Part shown: positions 1-8,480 of the stretch, piece after piece
Layout of the letters: each line of letters starts with the position of its first letter
Position numbering within the stretch: position 1 is the stretch's first letter
From: Ignavibacteriales bacterium
GTDB lineage: Bacteria; Bacteroidota; Ignavibacteria; UBA10030; UBA6906
Assembly (NCBI GenBank): GCA_037441705.1
Contig: JBBIRR010000010.1
Span: forward strand, 1-64,000
Length of the DNA stretch: 64,000 bases
Reading direction: 5' to 3'
Position numbers and translations under genes: made by a program
The notes under the pieces: generated by a model
What the model saw: the letters and a program-made list of their open reading frames with translations, nothing else
What the model was told of the DNA's origin: nothing
The model's database searches: none

Positions 1-211
1 TATCGGCGAGGAAGCCGACTTCGTGTCGCGTGGTTGAAGATTGCGCAAAGCCGACGAACGCCTGACCCGCAACCGACTTCACCATCGTACTCGATGATTG
101 AGGCATCGCAAAGCCCTGATCGAAGGCACCCCAGAGCACGGCAGTGCTTTGTGCAAACGCTGCGGTTGCATTCAGAGCGAGTGCGAAGAGGATTAGTCCT
201 AAGCGCTTCAT
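1..211 (-). CDS. Secreted protein, N-terminal part only (runs off window); not in ORF track
   Basis: Manual translation from ATG at 211: MKRLGLILFALALNATAAFAQSTAVLWGAFDQGFAMPQSSSTMVKSVAGQAFVGFAQSSTTRHEVGFLAD...; Sec signal ending AFA-Q, GGAG RBS upstream, 30 bp after the fibre gene stop. Confidence 0.8.
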   Translation of the reverse strand, partial: MKRLGLILFALALNATAAFAQSTAVLWGAFDQGFAMPQSSSTMVKSVAGQAFVGFAQSSTTRHEVGFLAD

Positions 212-241
212 GGTTCAATCTCCGTAGTTGATGGGTCAATG

Positions 242-2446
242 CTATTGTTTCTGCGGTTGATGGTCGAGGACCGGAGGCTTCGGCTCGAATGTTCTCGCCG
301 GTAAGCCGTAGAGTTCGGGATGCGTGTATGTTCCCTTCTCTTCAGCAGGTTTCTCGACCTCTACCTGCATCGGATAGGCTCTCGCGTATGCGTCGTTGCG
401 AATGCCGGTAACCTGCCACGAGACCTCGACGTTCGGCTTGTCGGTTTTGATGGAGAACCGATTGTTGCTGAGTTTCTGAGAGACGATTGCCTGTGCAAAC
501 TGGCCGATGACGGTGAGCTGATAGCGGAAGTCTTTGTTGAGCGCTTCGAACCAATTCGGCAACTCGACGGTAGCGTTCCCATTTGCGTCCGTGATGATGT
601 TGCCGTTGTAGATGTTCATGCGGTCGTTGCTTTCGACGCAGGAGTGAACAAAAAACTTGTTGGCAGGGTCGAGGGGATGATCAATCATGAAATTCTTCGA
701 CCCGCCGACGGACAAGTCATAGTCAATTCTGAGATTGCCTTCGAAGAGTCCCGCGTACTGGTTGGAGAACTGACCGCCGCTGGCGGCGCGGCCATAAACA
801 GCGATTGCACGAGCGCCGCTGCCGCTATACGCAAACACACCGGTCGGATGCGTTTGTCCGCCTGTTACGGTCTGCAACCCGATCGCCGCGAGCGAAAGCG
901 TAGCCGAGTTATAGCCGTAAATCGCGTTGGCATCCGTTGAGCCTGCCGAGCCGCTCACGCCGTATCCGTTGACGCTGCTGCCCGCGACGCCGACACCGTT
1001 GAACGCATCATTGTGTCCCCACACGCCGCTTTTGTTCGCTGCATTAGTTGAACCCACAACGCCATCACCATTCGTGCTCGTGCCGGAGACGCCTACTCCG
1101 CCGCCGCTGCTGCCGGCAACACCGACACCGGTTGAGCGATCGTTATGTCCCCACACCCCGCTTTTGTTGATACCGGTCGAGTGTCCTTCGATCGCGTCAC
1201 CGTTGGTGCTGAACCCCTTCAGCCCAATGCCGTTGGTGCTCGTGCCCGATACGCCGATGCCCTCCGTGCTGCTGCCGGCGACACCGACACCGGTTGCAAC
1301 GTCATTGTGTCCCCACACGCCGCTGCGATTCGCTGCGCCCGACGAGCCTTCGACGCCATCGTTGTTGGTGCTTATGCCTCTCACTCCGTCTTCATTCGTG
1401 CTCGTTCCTAACACCCCGATGCTGTTTTCTGCCGTTCCCCAAACTCCTGAGGCGCCGCTTGCCGACGAGTTGCTGAACCCGACAACGCCATGATAACCAC
1501 CCTCGCCTCGCATGCCCGCGCTCGTCGGATTGTCAATGCCTTGCGTTCCTCCGTACACTCCTACTCCTCCCGCGTTCCTGCTCAGTCCGTACACACCGTA
1601 TGTCCCTTGCGACTCACCGTACACACCGATGTATCCTTGCGTGATTCCTTCGACGGCATTATCGCCGTTCGCCTGCGTGTTGCGGACTCTCAAGACCGGT
1701 CCATTGCCATAGTTCGATGCCGCGCTCATCGTAAGCGGGACTTTGAGGTTTGCTGTTACGGTGGGACCCGAGGGATTGATGATGTCCAGCGTGTTGTTGG
1801 TGTTTTGCAATCCCTGCACGCCCGTACCACCGCCGCCGCTGCCTGCGTTGATGGTGATGGTGTCTCCGGACGAGGTGATGGTTGCGCCTCCTTGCGCTCG
1901 GAGCGTGATGGCGTCTCTGAGTCCGTTGAGACTCTTCACCACCTGTCCGCTTGCGATCTTTGCGGCGGTGATGGAGTTGTTGGGAACCGTGCCTGCGATG
2001 CGTGCACTGTCGGCAAAGATTCCCGCGTTCAGCGCGACGCGCGCCGTATCGGCGCGGAGTGAGTTGAGACTGTAGCCTACTGCCGAGAGCGCAATGCGCG
2101 GCAAGAGTTCCGGCTCAGGCGAGACCTGAATGCCCAGCCAGTACTGCCGTTCAAATGCGAGGGACGATGGAAACGGCGTCTGACTGCCCAGGACGGCCGA
2201 GAAGAGTCCTCGCCTCACCTGCAGCGATTGCGTTTCCACCCAGAGCAGCGTCCCTCCGCTCGGTGCGTCGTAGAGGCGAAATGTGATGGCATAGAGTCCA
2301 TCGGGCTTTGGTGTGCCGAGTGTATCGGAGAGAATTCCCTGGTACGAGAGCGTGCGGGGGATTTGGGCGGGCGCGTATGGCACGCTCAGACAAAGCGTGA
2401 GAACAAGAAAAAACGTCACGCTGCGAAGGCATGCGGCGCGGTTCAT
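242..2446 (-). CDS. Secreted Gly-rich repeat fibre/adhesin-like protein
   Basis: Start reassigned to ATG 2446 (AAGGAG RBS); signal peptide ending APA-Q; N-domain IPRTLSYQGILSD...LW.ETQ...GLFS.VLG; many G[VI]xG repeats; C-domain KNFMIDHPLDPANK...FRYQLT. Confidence 0.8.
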   Translation of the reverse strand: MNRAACLRSVTFFLVLTLCLSVPYAPAQIPRTLSYQGILSDTLGTPKPDGLYAITFRLYDAPSGGTLLWVETQSLQVRRGLFSAVLGSQTPFPSSLAFERQYWLGIQVSPEPELLPRIALSAVGYSLNSLRADTARVALNAGIFADSARIAGTVPNNSITAAKIASGQVVKSLNGLRDAITLRAQGGATITSSGDTITINAGSGGGGTGVQGLQNTNNTLDIINPSGPTVTANLKVPLTMSAASNYGNGPVLRVRNTQANGDNAVEGITQGYIGVYGESQGTYGVYGLSRNAGGVGVYGGTQGIDNPTSAGMRGEGGYHGVVGFSNSSASGASGVWGTAENSIGVLGTSTNEDGVRGISTNNDGVEGSSGAANRSGVWGHNDVATGVGVAGSSTEGIGVSGTSTNGIGLKGFSTNGDAIEGHSTGINKSGVWGHNDRSTGVGVAGSSGGGVGVSGTSTNGDGVVGSTNAANKSGVWGHNDAFNGVGVAGSSVNGYGVSGSAGSTDANAIYGYNSATLSLAAIGLQTVTGGQTHPTGVFAYSGSGARAIAVYGRAASGGQFSNQYAGLFEGNLRIDYDLSVGGSKNFMIDHPLDPANKFFVHSCVESNDRMNIYNGNIITDANGNATVELPNWFEALNKDFRYQLTVIGQFAQAIVSQKLSNNRFSIKTDKPNVEVSWQVTGIRNDAYARAYPMQVEVEKPAEEKGTYTHPELYGLPARTFEPKPPVLDHQPQKQ
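925..1640 (-). repeat. Intragenic tandem repeats (~11-aa GVxGxSxxG units; three N[KR]SGVWGHND super-repeats)
   Basis: Visible in the protein and in DNA (recurrent GTCCCCACAC blocks near 1015, 1147 and 1309). Confidence 0.85.
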
Positions 2447-2490
2447 AGTGGCTCCTTTCAAGAAGAGAAAGAACGTGAACAACGATGACT

Positions 2491-2536
2491 AAGCTATGCA
2501 CCGGAGCGCGGGGTTACAATGACACGCGGGTGTCAT
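2491..2536 (-). promoter_or_regulatory. Sigma70-like promoter with palindromic box ATGAC-N8-GTCAT abutting the -35
   Basis: Minus strand TTGTAA-N17-TAGCTT; inverted repeat ATGACAC-GCGG-GTGTCAT at 2519-2536. Confidence 0.65.
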
Positions 2537-2568
2537 TTTTGTCTTTTGCCGCGGTGAAGTCTCTCAGA

Positions 2569-2599
2569 CAGGACACGGCGGAGCCGTGTCCCTACACAA
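2569..2599 (-). repeat. GTAG-type REP palindrome, copy 1
   Basis: Minus strand GTAGGGACACGG-CTCCG-CCGTGTCC; near-identical copy at 2736-2766. Confidence 0.75.
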
Positions 2600-2611
2600 G
2601 TGCGCGGAACA

Positions 2612-2663
2612 CCCTTCGACTCCGTCCCGCCTGAGAAGCGGGCGGGACTGCGCTCAGGGTGAC
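2612..2663. repeat. REP-like palindrome CCTTCGAC...GCTCAGGGTGAC with internal stem
   Basis: Near-identical copy at 3776-3825 and a related copy at 63488-63532. Confidence 0.75.
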
Positions 2664-2735
2664 GAGACCGTTCATCCGTCACGAGTTCCACACACACCGC
2701 GCATCGTCAACGCAAGCATTCAGGATTCCTCACAT

Positions 2736-2766
2736 CAGGACATGGCGGAGCCGTGTCCCTACACAA
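2736..2766 (-). repeat. GTAG-type REP palindrome, copy 2
   Basis: One mismatch to 2569-2599. Confidence 0.75.
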
Positions 2767-2787
2767 CTGGTATGGTGTGGTGATACG

Positions 2788-2936
2788 GGTGCTTTTGCGT
2801 TAGGCGGCCGGAGGGTGCCCGCCGCTTTGGGGCGGGCAGTGCTGAGCGCTGTTCAGCGAAGCACCGAAGCGACAGCGGAGCCCGCAGGACGCCGACGGCG
2901 CTGCGAAGCGCTTAGCGCCGGAACGCCCAAATCACC
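2788..2936. other. Multi-hairpin structured intergenic element (MITE-like or ncRNA-like)
   Basis: Ends pair (GGTGCTTTTGCGTT / AACGCCCAAATCACC) and enclose hairpins TGCCCGCC/GGCGGGCA, GTGCT..AGCAC and GGCGCT/AGCGCC. Confidence 0.45.
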
Positions 2937-2965
2937 ATGCCCGACGACCGGCGGTCAATGGTGGC

Positions 2966-3595
2966 TTACACGAGTCCCTGCTTGATTGCCTTTGCGACTG
3001 CTTCGGCTTTGGAGTGCACCTGGAGTTTTTCGTAGATGTGGCGGAAGTGATTGCGGACGGTCTCGAAACTGATGAAGAGTTTTTCGGCGATCATGGTGTA
3101 GTTCATGCCCTGGACGAGGAGCGTGAGGACTTCGATCTCGCGTGGGGTGAGGGCAACATCGGAGGGTGGTGCGGGTGAGAAGCGTTTGAAGAGTTCGAGC
3201 GCTTGCCGCGCGACGAAGGGCGTCATCGGCATGCCGCCGGCGGCAGCATCTTCGACGGCACGCAGCAGCAGCGCGGGGGGAGTTTTTTTCAGGAGGTAGC
3301 CGTCGGCACCGGCTTGAATGGCGCGGAGAATATTTCTGTCGTCGTCGAACACGGTCAGCATCACGACAGAGGTTTTGGGATGGCGCTTCTTCAACTCGGG
3401 GATCGCGTCGATGCCCGACTGACCGGTCAGCCCGATATCAAGCAAGAGGACATCTACCTCCGGCAAGCTGCGGCGCGCTTCTTCGACCGATGAATATTTC
3501 CCGGCTGCCTGAAATCCCTCGGTGGTTTTGAAGAGATGATACAGACCTTCACGAAAGTCGTCGTGGTCTTCGATGATGGCTACGCGAATGGGCAT
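2966..3595 (-). CDS. NarL/LuxR-family response regulator
   Basis: REC domain (IIEDH, LLLDIGL, MLT, GYLLK) plus LuxR HTH (LTPREIEVL...ETVRNHFRHIYEKLQV). Confidence 0.95.
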   Translation of the reverse strand: MPIRVAIIEDHDDFREGLYHLFKTTEGFQAAGKYSSVEEARRSLPEVDVLLLDIGLTGQSGIDAIPELKKRHPKTSVVMLTVFDDDRNILRAIQAGADGYLLKKTPPALLLRAVEDAAAGGMPMTPFVARQALELFKRFSPAPPSDVALTPREIEVLTLLVQGMNYTMIAEKLFISFETVRNHFRHIYEKLQVHSKAEAVAKAIKQGLV

Positions 3596-3608
3596 ACTGG
3601 GTTAAGCT

Positions 3609-3654
3609 ATGCTACAAAAAGAATTCGCTCCTGACAATGACACATGAAGGTCAT
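3609..3654 (-). promoter_or_regulatory. Sigma70-like promoter with second ATGAC-N8-GTCAT box abutting the -35
   Basis: Minus strand TTGTCA-N17-TAGCAT; ATGACACATGAAGGTCAT at 3637-3654, same register as the site at 2519. Confidence 0.6.
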
Positions 3655-3664
3655 ATTTTATTGT

Positions 3665-4017
3665 CCACGACCTTAAGGTCGTGGCTATGCGCGTCCCACG
3701 TCATGCTGAGCGTTGCTTTCCAAACGCGAAGCATCCAGAAGCAAAGGAAGCACAGGCGGCTGTTTCCGCAAAGCACCTTCGACTCCGTCCCGCCTGAACA
3801 GCGGCGGGACTTCGCTCAGGGTGACGCGTGCGAGCATAAGGCATCATCGGATTGCCACGAGCTTTAGCTCGTGGATAAGCGAAAGCAAAAACCACTCGGG
3901 CTTTAGCTCACAAACAATGCGGGACTAAAGTCCACGAGAAATCCTGTTCCGTTTCTTTTCCACGACCTGAAGGTCGTGGCAATCCGCCTTGAAGGTCATC
4001 GCCCGTCACGCTGAGCG
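3665..4017. repeat. Mosaic of REP-like palindromes (CCACGA..TCGTGG family x3; GTCA.GCTGAGCG/CCTTCGAC family)
   Basis: CCACGACCTTAAGGTCGTGG 3665-3684, ATTGCCACGAGCTTTAGCTCGTGG 3851-3874, CCACGACCTGAAGGTCGTGGCAAT 3960-3983; 3776-3825 matches 2612-2663. Confidence 0.75.
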
Positions 4018-7008
4018 CCAATGCTTCTCATTAGAATCATCCAGTCTAAAAAGAATACTCACACTGGTTCCCCTTCCGGGGGTTGAGTGGATCGTCAGCT
4101 GCGCACCGATGTCGGCGGCTCGCCTGCGCATGTTGCGGAGACCATGACCGCGGCTGGTCGCGTCCTGCTCTTCGACGGTAAATCCTTTTCCGTTGTCCGC
4201 GATGGTGATGCGCAACCCGTCCGGTGGAAGCTCTGCCGTCACGGCGATGGCGGTTGCCCCGGAGTGCCGGACGATGTTGTTCATCGCCTCTTTGAAGATG
4301 AGCAGGAGACTCTTTCGGACGTCGTTCTGCAGGATATGCTCCGACTCGCTCGAAGGTATCGTAAGCGTGTAGGTGATTCCACGCGGCGAACACATTTCCG
4401 CCGTCAGGTCGCTGATGCGCGTGAGCAGGTCCTTCAGCGTGTCGTGTGTGGGTGAGGTTGACCACACGATGTCGCCCAGGGCATCCTGTGCCTCCTGCGA
4501 GAGGGTGCTGATGCGTTCGGCAAGTCCGGCGCTTTCACGCTCATGCTGAACCTGACGCTTCAGCGATTCGGCATAGATGACAACGCTGCCGAGCGTCGAG
4601 GCAACATCATCGTGCAGGTCGCGGGCAATCCGTTCACGGGTTCGCTCGCGTTCGAGTTGTATCGCTCGATCCTTTTCGAGTTCCTGCACGCGTCGCTGCA
4701 GCTTTTGCGTCGAGACATATTTCACCGTGCCGCCGAAGACGACGCTCAGGAGAAGTCCCGCGCCCGCCAGAAACCACCACCGCCGCCAGATCGGCGGTTG
4801 AATCGTGAAGGTCAGTGTCGCGGGCTGCGCACTGGAGATTCCGGCGTTGTTGATGGCGAGAACTTCAAAGGCGTACGTGCCCGGACTGAGTGTGGCATAC
4901 GTAACGTCACGCTTGCTCGAAGGCTGGCTCCACCCGGCATCAACTCCTTTCAAGCGATAGTGATAGCGAAGGCCGTGCCGGAAGCTCACGCCGAGGAATT
5001 GCAGAGCGACATTGTTCTGATCGGATGAAAGTTCCATTTCCTGTTGCACCGGCGTCGCCTTTCCGTTGATTGTCAAATGAGAGATGTAGATCGGGGGAGG
5101 CACGGTGTTCACGAAGTCCTTCGTCGGTTCGTACAGCGAGAGTGTCTGCGAACCGACCACCCAGATTCGTCCGTTCGTGTCTGTAGCGCACATGCGTGTA
5201 TCTGTGCCAGTCAATTCCGCATTCCATCCCATGCTGTGCGGGTCGCTGCTTCGTACAAACATCAACCCGAGCGACGTACCGAGCCACATTCTTCCATCAG
5301 GCCCCTTCGCGATGCTCCACACAGCGTTGCTCAACATTCCATCGCGAGCGCTCAGTGTTTGGAATCGCGTGCCATCGTAGATTGCGAGGCCTCCGTAGCG
5401 TGTGCCTATCCACAATCTTCCTTCATCATCTTCAGCAATGGAGCGGATGCCGTTGTCCGGGAGTCCGTTGTCGGTGGTGAGATGGTGCATCGCCGTGTTT
5501 CGCCACTCTGCGTTCGGCAGCATGGCAAGTCCATCGCCGAATCCCCCAAACCAGAGGTTGTCCCGCGTATCCTCATAAATAGCTCTGACAGCTCCTACGG
5601 GGACATCGGCCGGATAGGAAAAGTGCCGTTCGAGCTTCGGTTTCTCACCGAGCCGTACAACTCCCACACCGGTCGGCTCGGCTGTGTACCACAACAAACC
5701 ACGATGATCTACAAAGGTGAGAAATGGTGACACGTTGGGAAAGTGCACGCCCGCTCGAAGCGTCATCATCGGTTGCAGCGGTGCGCCACCTCGGAACGCT
5801 GTGATATCGTACGCTCGAATGCTGTTGTCGGACAGTACACACCACAAACGACCTTCGCGGTCGAGCGTCATCGAGCGAATGGTGGAAGCCGACGGCACCA
5901 GCGTGTGCGTCGCCGTGCGCCATCCGCCTGCATCGTTCCAGCATTCCAGAATTTCCCTCTCAGTAGCTGCCCACACATGCGCTCGCCTGTCGATGGCGAG
6001 TCCCAGAATTGTTGATGCAAGAGTGAATCGCAGAATATTCTTCTCGCTCAGCTTGCCTACGCCTTTATCGTGCGATCCGAACCAGAGGTTCTCCTCTCTG
6101 TCCAGAAGAAGCGCTGTGATATCGTTGCTCGGCAGACCGTTGTCACTGGTGAGGTGTTCGAACTCTCCGCCCGGAAGGTGTGAGGTCGGTATCCGCAGAA
6201 CGCCGTTGTGGAGAAGTGTAATCCAGGCAATGCCCTGACGATCAACGAGCATGGACCCGGGCATGCCGTGACGGAGATGCCGCCGCAGAACGAGGGACGT
6301 ATCACGATAGAGCAGCAGCGAAGAGTCACTCCCTAACACCCACATCCCGCCGCGGCTTTCCGGCGAGAGATTGTTGATGACGCCGTGGTGACGAAGAGGG
6401 ATGGTAACGCGGGAGAGCGTGACGCGGGAGGAGGAGAAGCGATACAGCGTGTTGTTTTCTCCGATCCACAGAATGCTGTCGGTGCTCTGGGCGAGGGTCA
6501 TGATGGCGTTCGGCTGATGGAGTTGGAGTTTTATCGGGGCGCCGTCGGCTGCAATCACAATCCCGGCATTTGTCAAACACCACAGCGCTCCCCGGTTGTC
6601 CTCCACGATTCTACTCACTTCGTTTTCTTCGTGGTCGGAGCCGAGTCGCAACGTCGTGAACATTCCATCGCGGAAGCGGCTCACGCCTCCGCCGTTGGTT
6701 CCGATGAGCAGCGTTCCCGGAGAATGCCGGCTTTCTGTAACACACCACGGAAGATGATGAGCCAGACCGTCGAGCGATGTGTAGCTGGTGAATGTGTATC
6801 CATCATACACACTCAATCCATCGAACGTAGCGATCCAGAGGAAGCCTCGAGAGTCCTGAAACAAATCGTTGATTGTGTTGGAGATGAGTCCGTGAATTGT
6901 GGTGAAGGTGTGAAACGGCAGAACCTGCGCAGCGGATTCATGCGGCGTCAGCAGTTCAAGTACAAGAGCGAGAAGGAACGGTGTGGGAAAAAACGGTCTC
7001 GTCGGCAC
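4006..7008 (-). CDS. Sensor histidine kinase with periplasmic beta-propeller + YYY domain, TM, HisKA_3, HATPase
   Basis: Repeated QDSRGFLWI/DREENLWFG/EDDEGRLWIGT blades, YATLSPGTYAFEVLA, RERIARDLHDDVAS, EAMNNIVRHS, DNGKGF, GHGLRNM. Confidence 0.93.
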   Translation of the reverse strand: MPTRPFFPTPFLLALVLELLTPHESAAQVLPFHTFTTIHGLISNTINDLFQDSRGFLWIATFDGLSVYDGYTFTSYTSLDGLAHHLPWCVTESRHSPGTLLIGTNGGGVSRFRDGMFTTLRLGSDHEENEVSRIVEDNRGALWCLTNAGIVIAADGAPIKLQLHQPNAIMTLAQSTDSILWIGENNTLYRFSSSRVTLSRVTIPLRHHGVINNLSPESRGGMWVLGSDSSLLLYRDTSLVLRRHLRHGMPGSMLVDRQGIAWITLLHNGVLRIPTSHLPGGEFEHLTSDNGLPSNDITALLLDREENLWFGSHDKGVGKLSEKNILRFTLASTILGLAIDRRAHVWAATEREILECWNDAGGWRTATHTLVPSASTIRSMTLDREGRLWCVLSDNSIRAYDITAFRGGAPLQPMMTLRAGVHFPNVSPFLTFVDHRGLLWYTAEPTGVGVVRLGEKPKLERHFSYPADVPVGAVRAIYEDTRDNLWFGGFGDGLAMLPNAEWRNTAMHHLTTDNGLPDNGIRSIAEDDEGRLWIGTRYGGLAIYDGTRFQTLSARDGMLSNAVWSIAKGPDGRMWLGTSLGLMFVRSSDPHSMGWNAELTGTDTRMCATDTNGRIWVVGSQTLSLYEPTKDFVNTVPPPIYISHLTINGKATPVQQEMELSSDQNNVALQFLGVSFRHGLRYHYRLKGVDAGWSQPSSKRDVTYATLSPGTYAFEVLAINNAGISSAQPATLTFTIQPPIWRRWWFLAGAGLLLSVVFGGTVKYVSTQKLQRRVQELEKDRAIQLERERTRERIARDLHDDVASTLGSVVIYAESLKRQVQHERESAGLAERISTLSQEAQDALGDIVWSTSPTHDTLKDLLTRISDLTAEMCSPRGITYTLTIPSSESEHILQNDVRKSLLLIFKEAMNNIVRHSGATAIAVTAELPPDGLRITIADNGKGFTVEEQDATSRGHGLRNMRRRAADIGAQLTIHSTPGRGTSVSILFRLDDSNEKHWRSA

Positions 7009-7056
7009 TCGTGCTCCGCATATTCTCGAGTGAACAACCTTAGTTGTCCTGACCAG

Positions 7057-7085
7057 AATATACTCCGGTGTTGGTCAAAGTGCAA
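7057..7085 (-). promoter_or_regulatory. Sigma70-like promoter of kinase 1
   Basis: Minus strand TTGCAC-N17-TATATT. Confidence 0.55.
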
Positions 7086-7141
7086 CGGGAGGGAGGGGTA
7101 ATAGCGATCATCACGACTTCAGCGATCCATGAGATTTAGCG

Positions 7142-7189
7142 GCGCATCCACGCGAATGGGCGCGAATGAATGAAACGCCGGAGAGGAAA
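7142..7189. repeat. 48-bp direct repeat, copy 1 (GCGAAT-rich)
   Basis: Identical to 11744-11791; degenerate relative at ~15914-15950. Confidence 0.85.
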
Positions 7190-7270
7190 AACTCCTTGTT
7201 TTGAGTAAGGGATTGAATAAGGGAAAACCGAAGTGCCGCGAGGAACGGAAAGTGGGGGAGCGGGCTTCTG

Positions 7271-8137
7271 TCAGAGTCCAAAGTTGATATGTACCCGAAA
7301 CTTGAGGTAGAAGAAAGTCTTGAAGACATCGTTATCGAATCCTTCACTGGTTGCGTTGCTCCACAGAATCAGTCCGGGAGCGAGCTCGGCTCCAACGTGA
7401 AATCCAGAGAATTGGAAGAGATGAAGGCCGGCACCGACGAACATGTCAAGTCCCGATAATGCGTCGCTCGTGATCCTGTCGGTACCGATCACGTTTCCAG
7501 AATTGTCATACTTGTTTGCTGTAATGGCATTCTGGTAATCCCAAGACATGTGGGAGAAGTTCATTCCCAGCAGAAGGTATGGTCCCAGGAACGTGTATGA
7601 GGGTGTCAGAAAATATTTTCCCTCCAAACCAATACCCGTGATAATCACACCATCCTTGATTGATTTGTTCAACGCGGCTGTCTCAATCAGAGTCGAGCTG
7701 CTGAAGAATCCCCAAACTTCTCCGTAGAATCGGTCGCTGATGTATGATCCCGCCGATACGCCGAATTCACCAATCCCCTCAAAATCGCCCGCCTTCAGCG
7801 TGCCGCCACCAAGTCGAATGCCCAACCACATGCGAGATGAGGGTCTCTCTCGGAGAGAATCGGTCGTGATATCTTTCTGCTGTTCGGGGCCAGACTGGAC
7901 CGAAGTGTCCGTTGGATTCAGTCGGGTTTCGACATTGCCTACTGCAACGGGAGTTGGCTGGGCCGGCTCCGTCGGCACCTTGCGATCTCCTTTGTTTTCT
8001 TCAGAGGCTTTTTCCATCGCATCGCTCAGTTTTCCCCGACGCGTTTCGCTGGAGCTGCTGCATCCGGCTATCGTGGCCATCAACAAGCAGGACACAACGG
8101 TGCAGGTGAGGAGGCGGTTTGCATGTGGATGGAACAT
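7271..8137 (-). CDS. Putative lipoprotein with C-terminal outer-membrane beta-barrel-like domain
   Basis: Lipobox IAGC; low-complexity linker; alternating hydrophobic/Gly strands ending FYLKFRVHINFGL. Confidence 0.6.
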   Translation of the reverse strand: MFHPHANRLLTCTVVSCLLMATIAGCSSSSETRRGKLSDAMEKASEENKGDRKVPTEPAQPTPVAVGNVETRLNPTDTSVQSGPEQQKDITTDSLRERPSSRMWLGIRLGGGTLKAGDFEGIGEFGVSAGSYISDRFYGEVWGFFSSSTLIETAALNKSIKDGVIITGIGLEGKYFLTPSYTFLGPYLLLGMNFSHMSWDYQNAITANKYDNSGNVIGTDRITSDALSGLDMFVGAGLHLFQFSGFHVGAELAPGLILWSNATSEGFDNDVFKTFFYLKFRVHINFGL

Positions 8138-8166
8138 CTTGACTCACTCGACAAATTGCCGGAAAG

Positions 8167-8400
8167 TTATTTGATGTAGAACGATATGCCAAGAACCAAG
8201 GATGACAAAAAGAGTGTCCCGTTTGATGCGGGATGGATCGCGCCATCAAGTTGCAGATTGATTGAAAACTGACGGGCACACGAACCGAATGATCGGCAAC
8301 ACTCGAACCGCGAGGATTGATTCACCAGCTCTTCGATTGTCTTTCGGTAGAAGGTATTGTCCTCAACAATCCAGATCGTAGACTTTTCGTCAGAGGTCAT
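8167..8400 (-). pseudogene. Truncated response-regulator receiver fragment
   Basis: MTSDEKSTIWIVEDNTFYRKTIEELVNQSSRFECCRSFGSC matches a NarL-type REC N-terminus, then similarity stops before the phosphoacceptor Asp; lies directly after kinase 2. Confidence 0.7.
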
Positions 8401-8480
8401 CAATTCCCCTGGTTGACGTGCTTTCCTGTTCTGTCCTTCTCTCATGATATGCTTCGTCGTCAGCGATTGCCATGACGCAT

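Noticed and set aside
242-2446. Prophage tail-fibre gene
   Set aside because: It has a Sec signal peptide and there are no phage structural, integrase or terminase genes nearby
8201-8220. Third copy of the ATGAC-N8-GTCAT box (ATGACAAAAAGAGTGTCCC)
   Set aside because: Spacing is off by one, the right arm is degenerate, and no N17 promoter is in register
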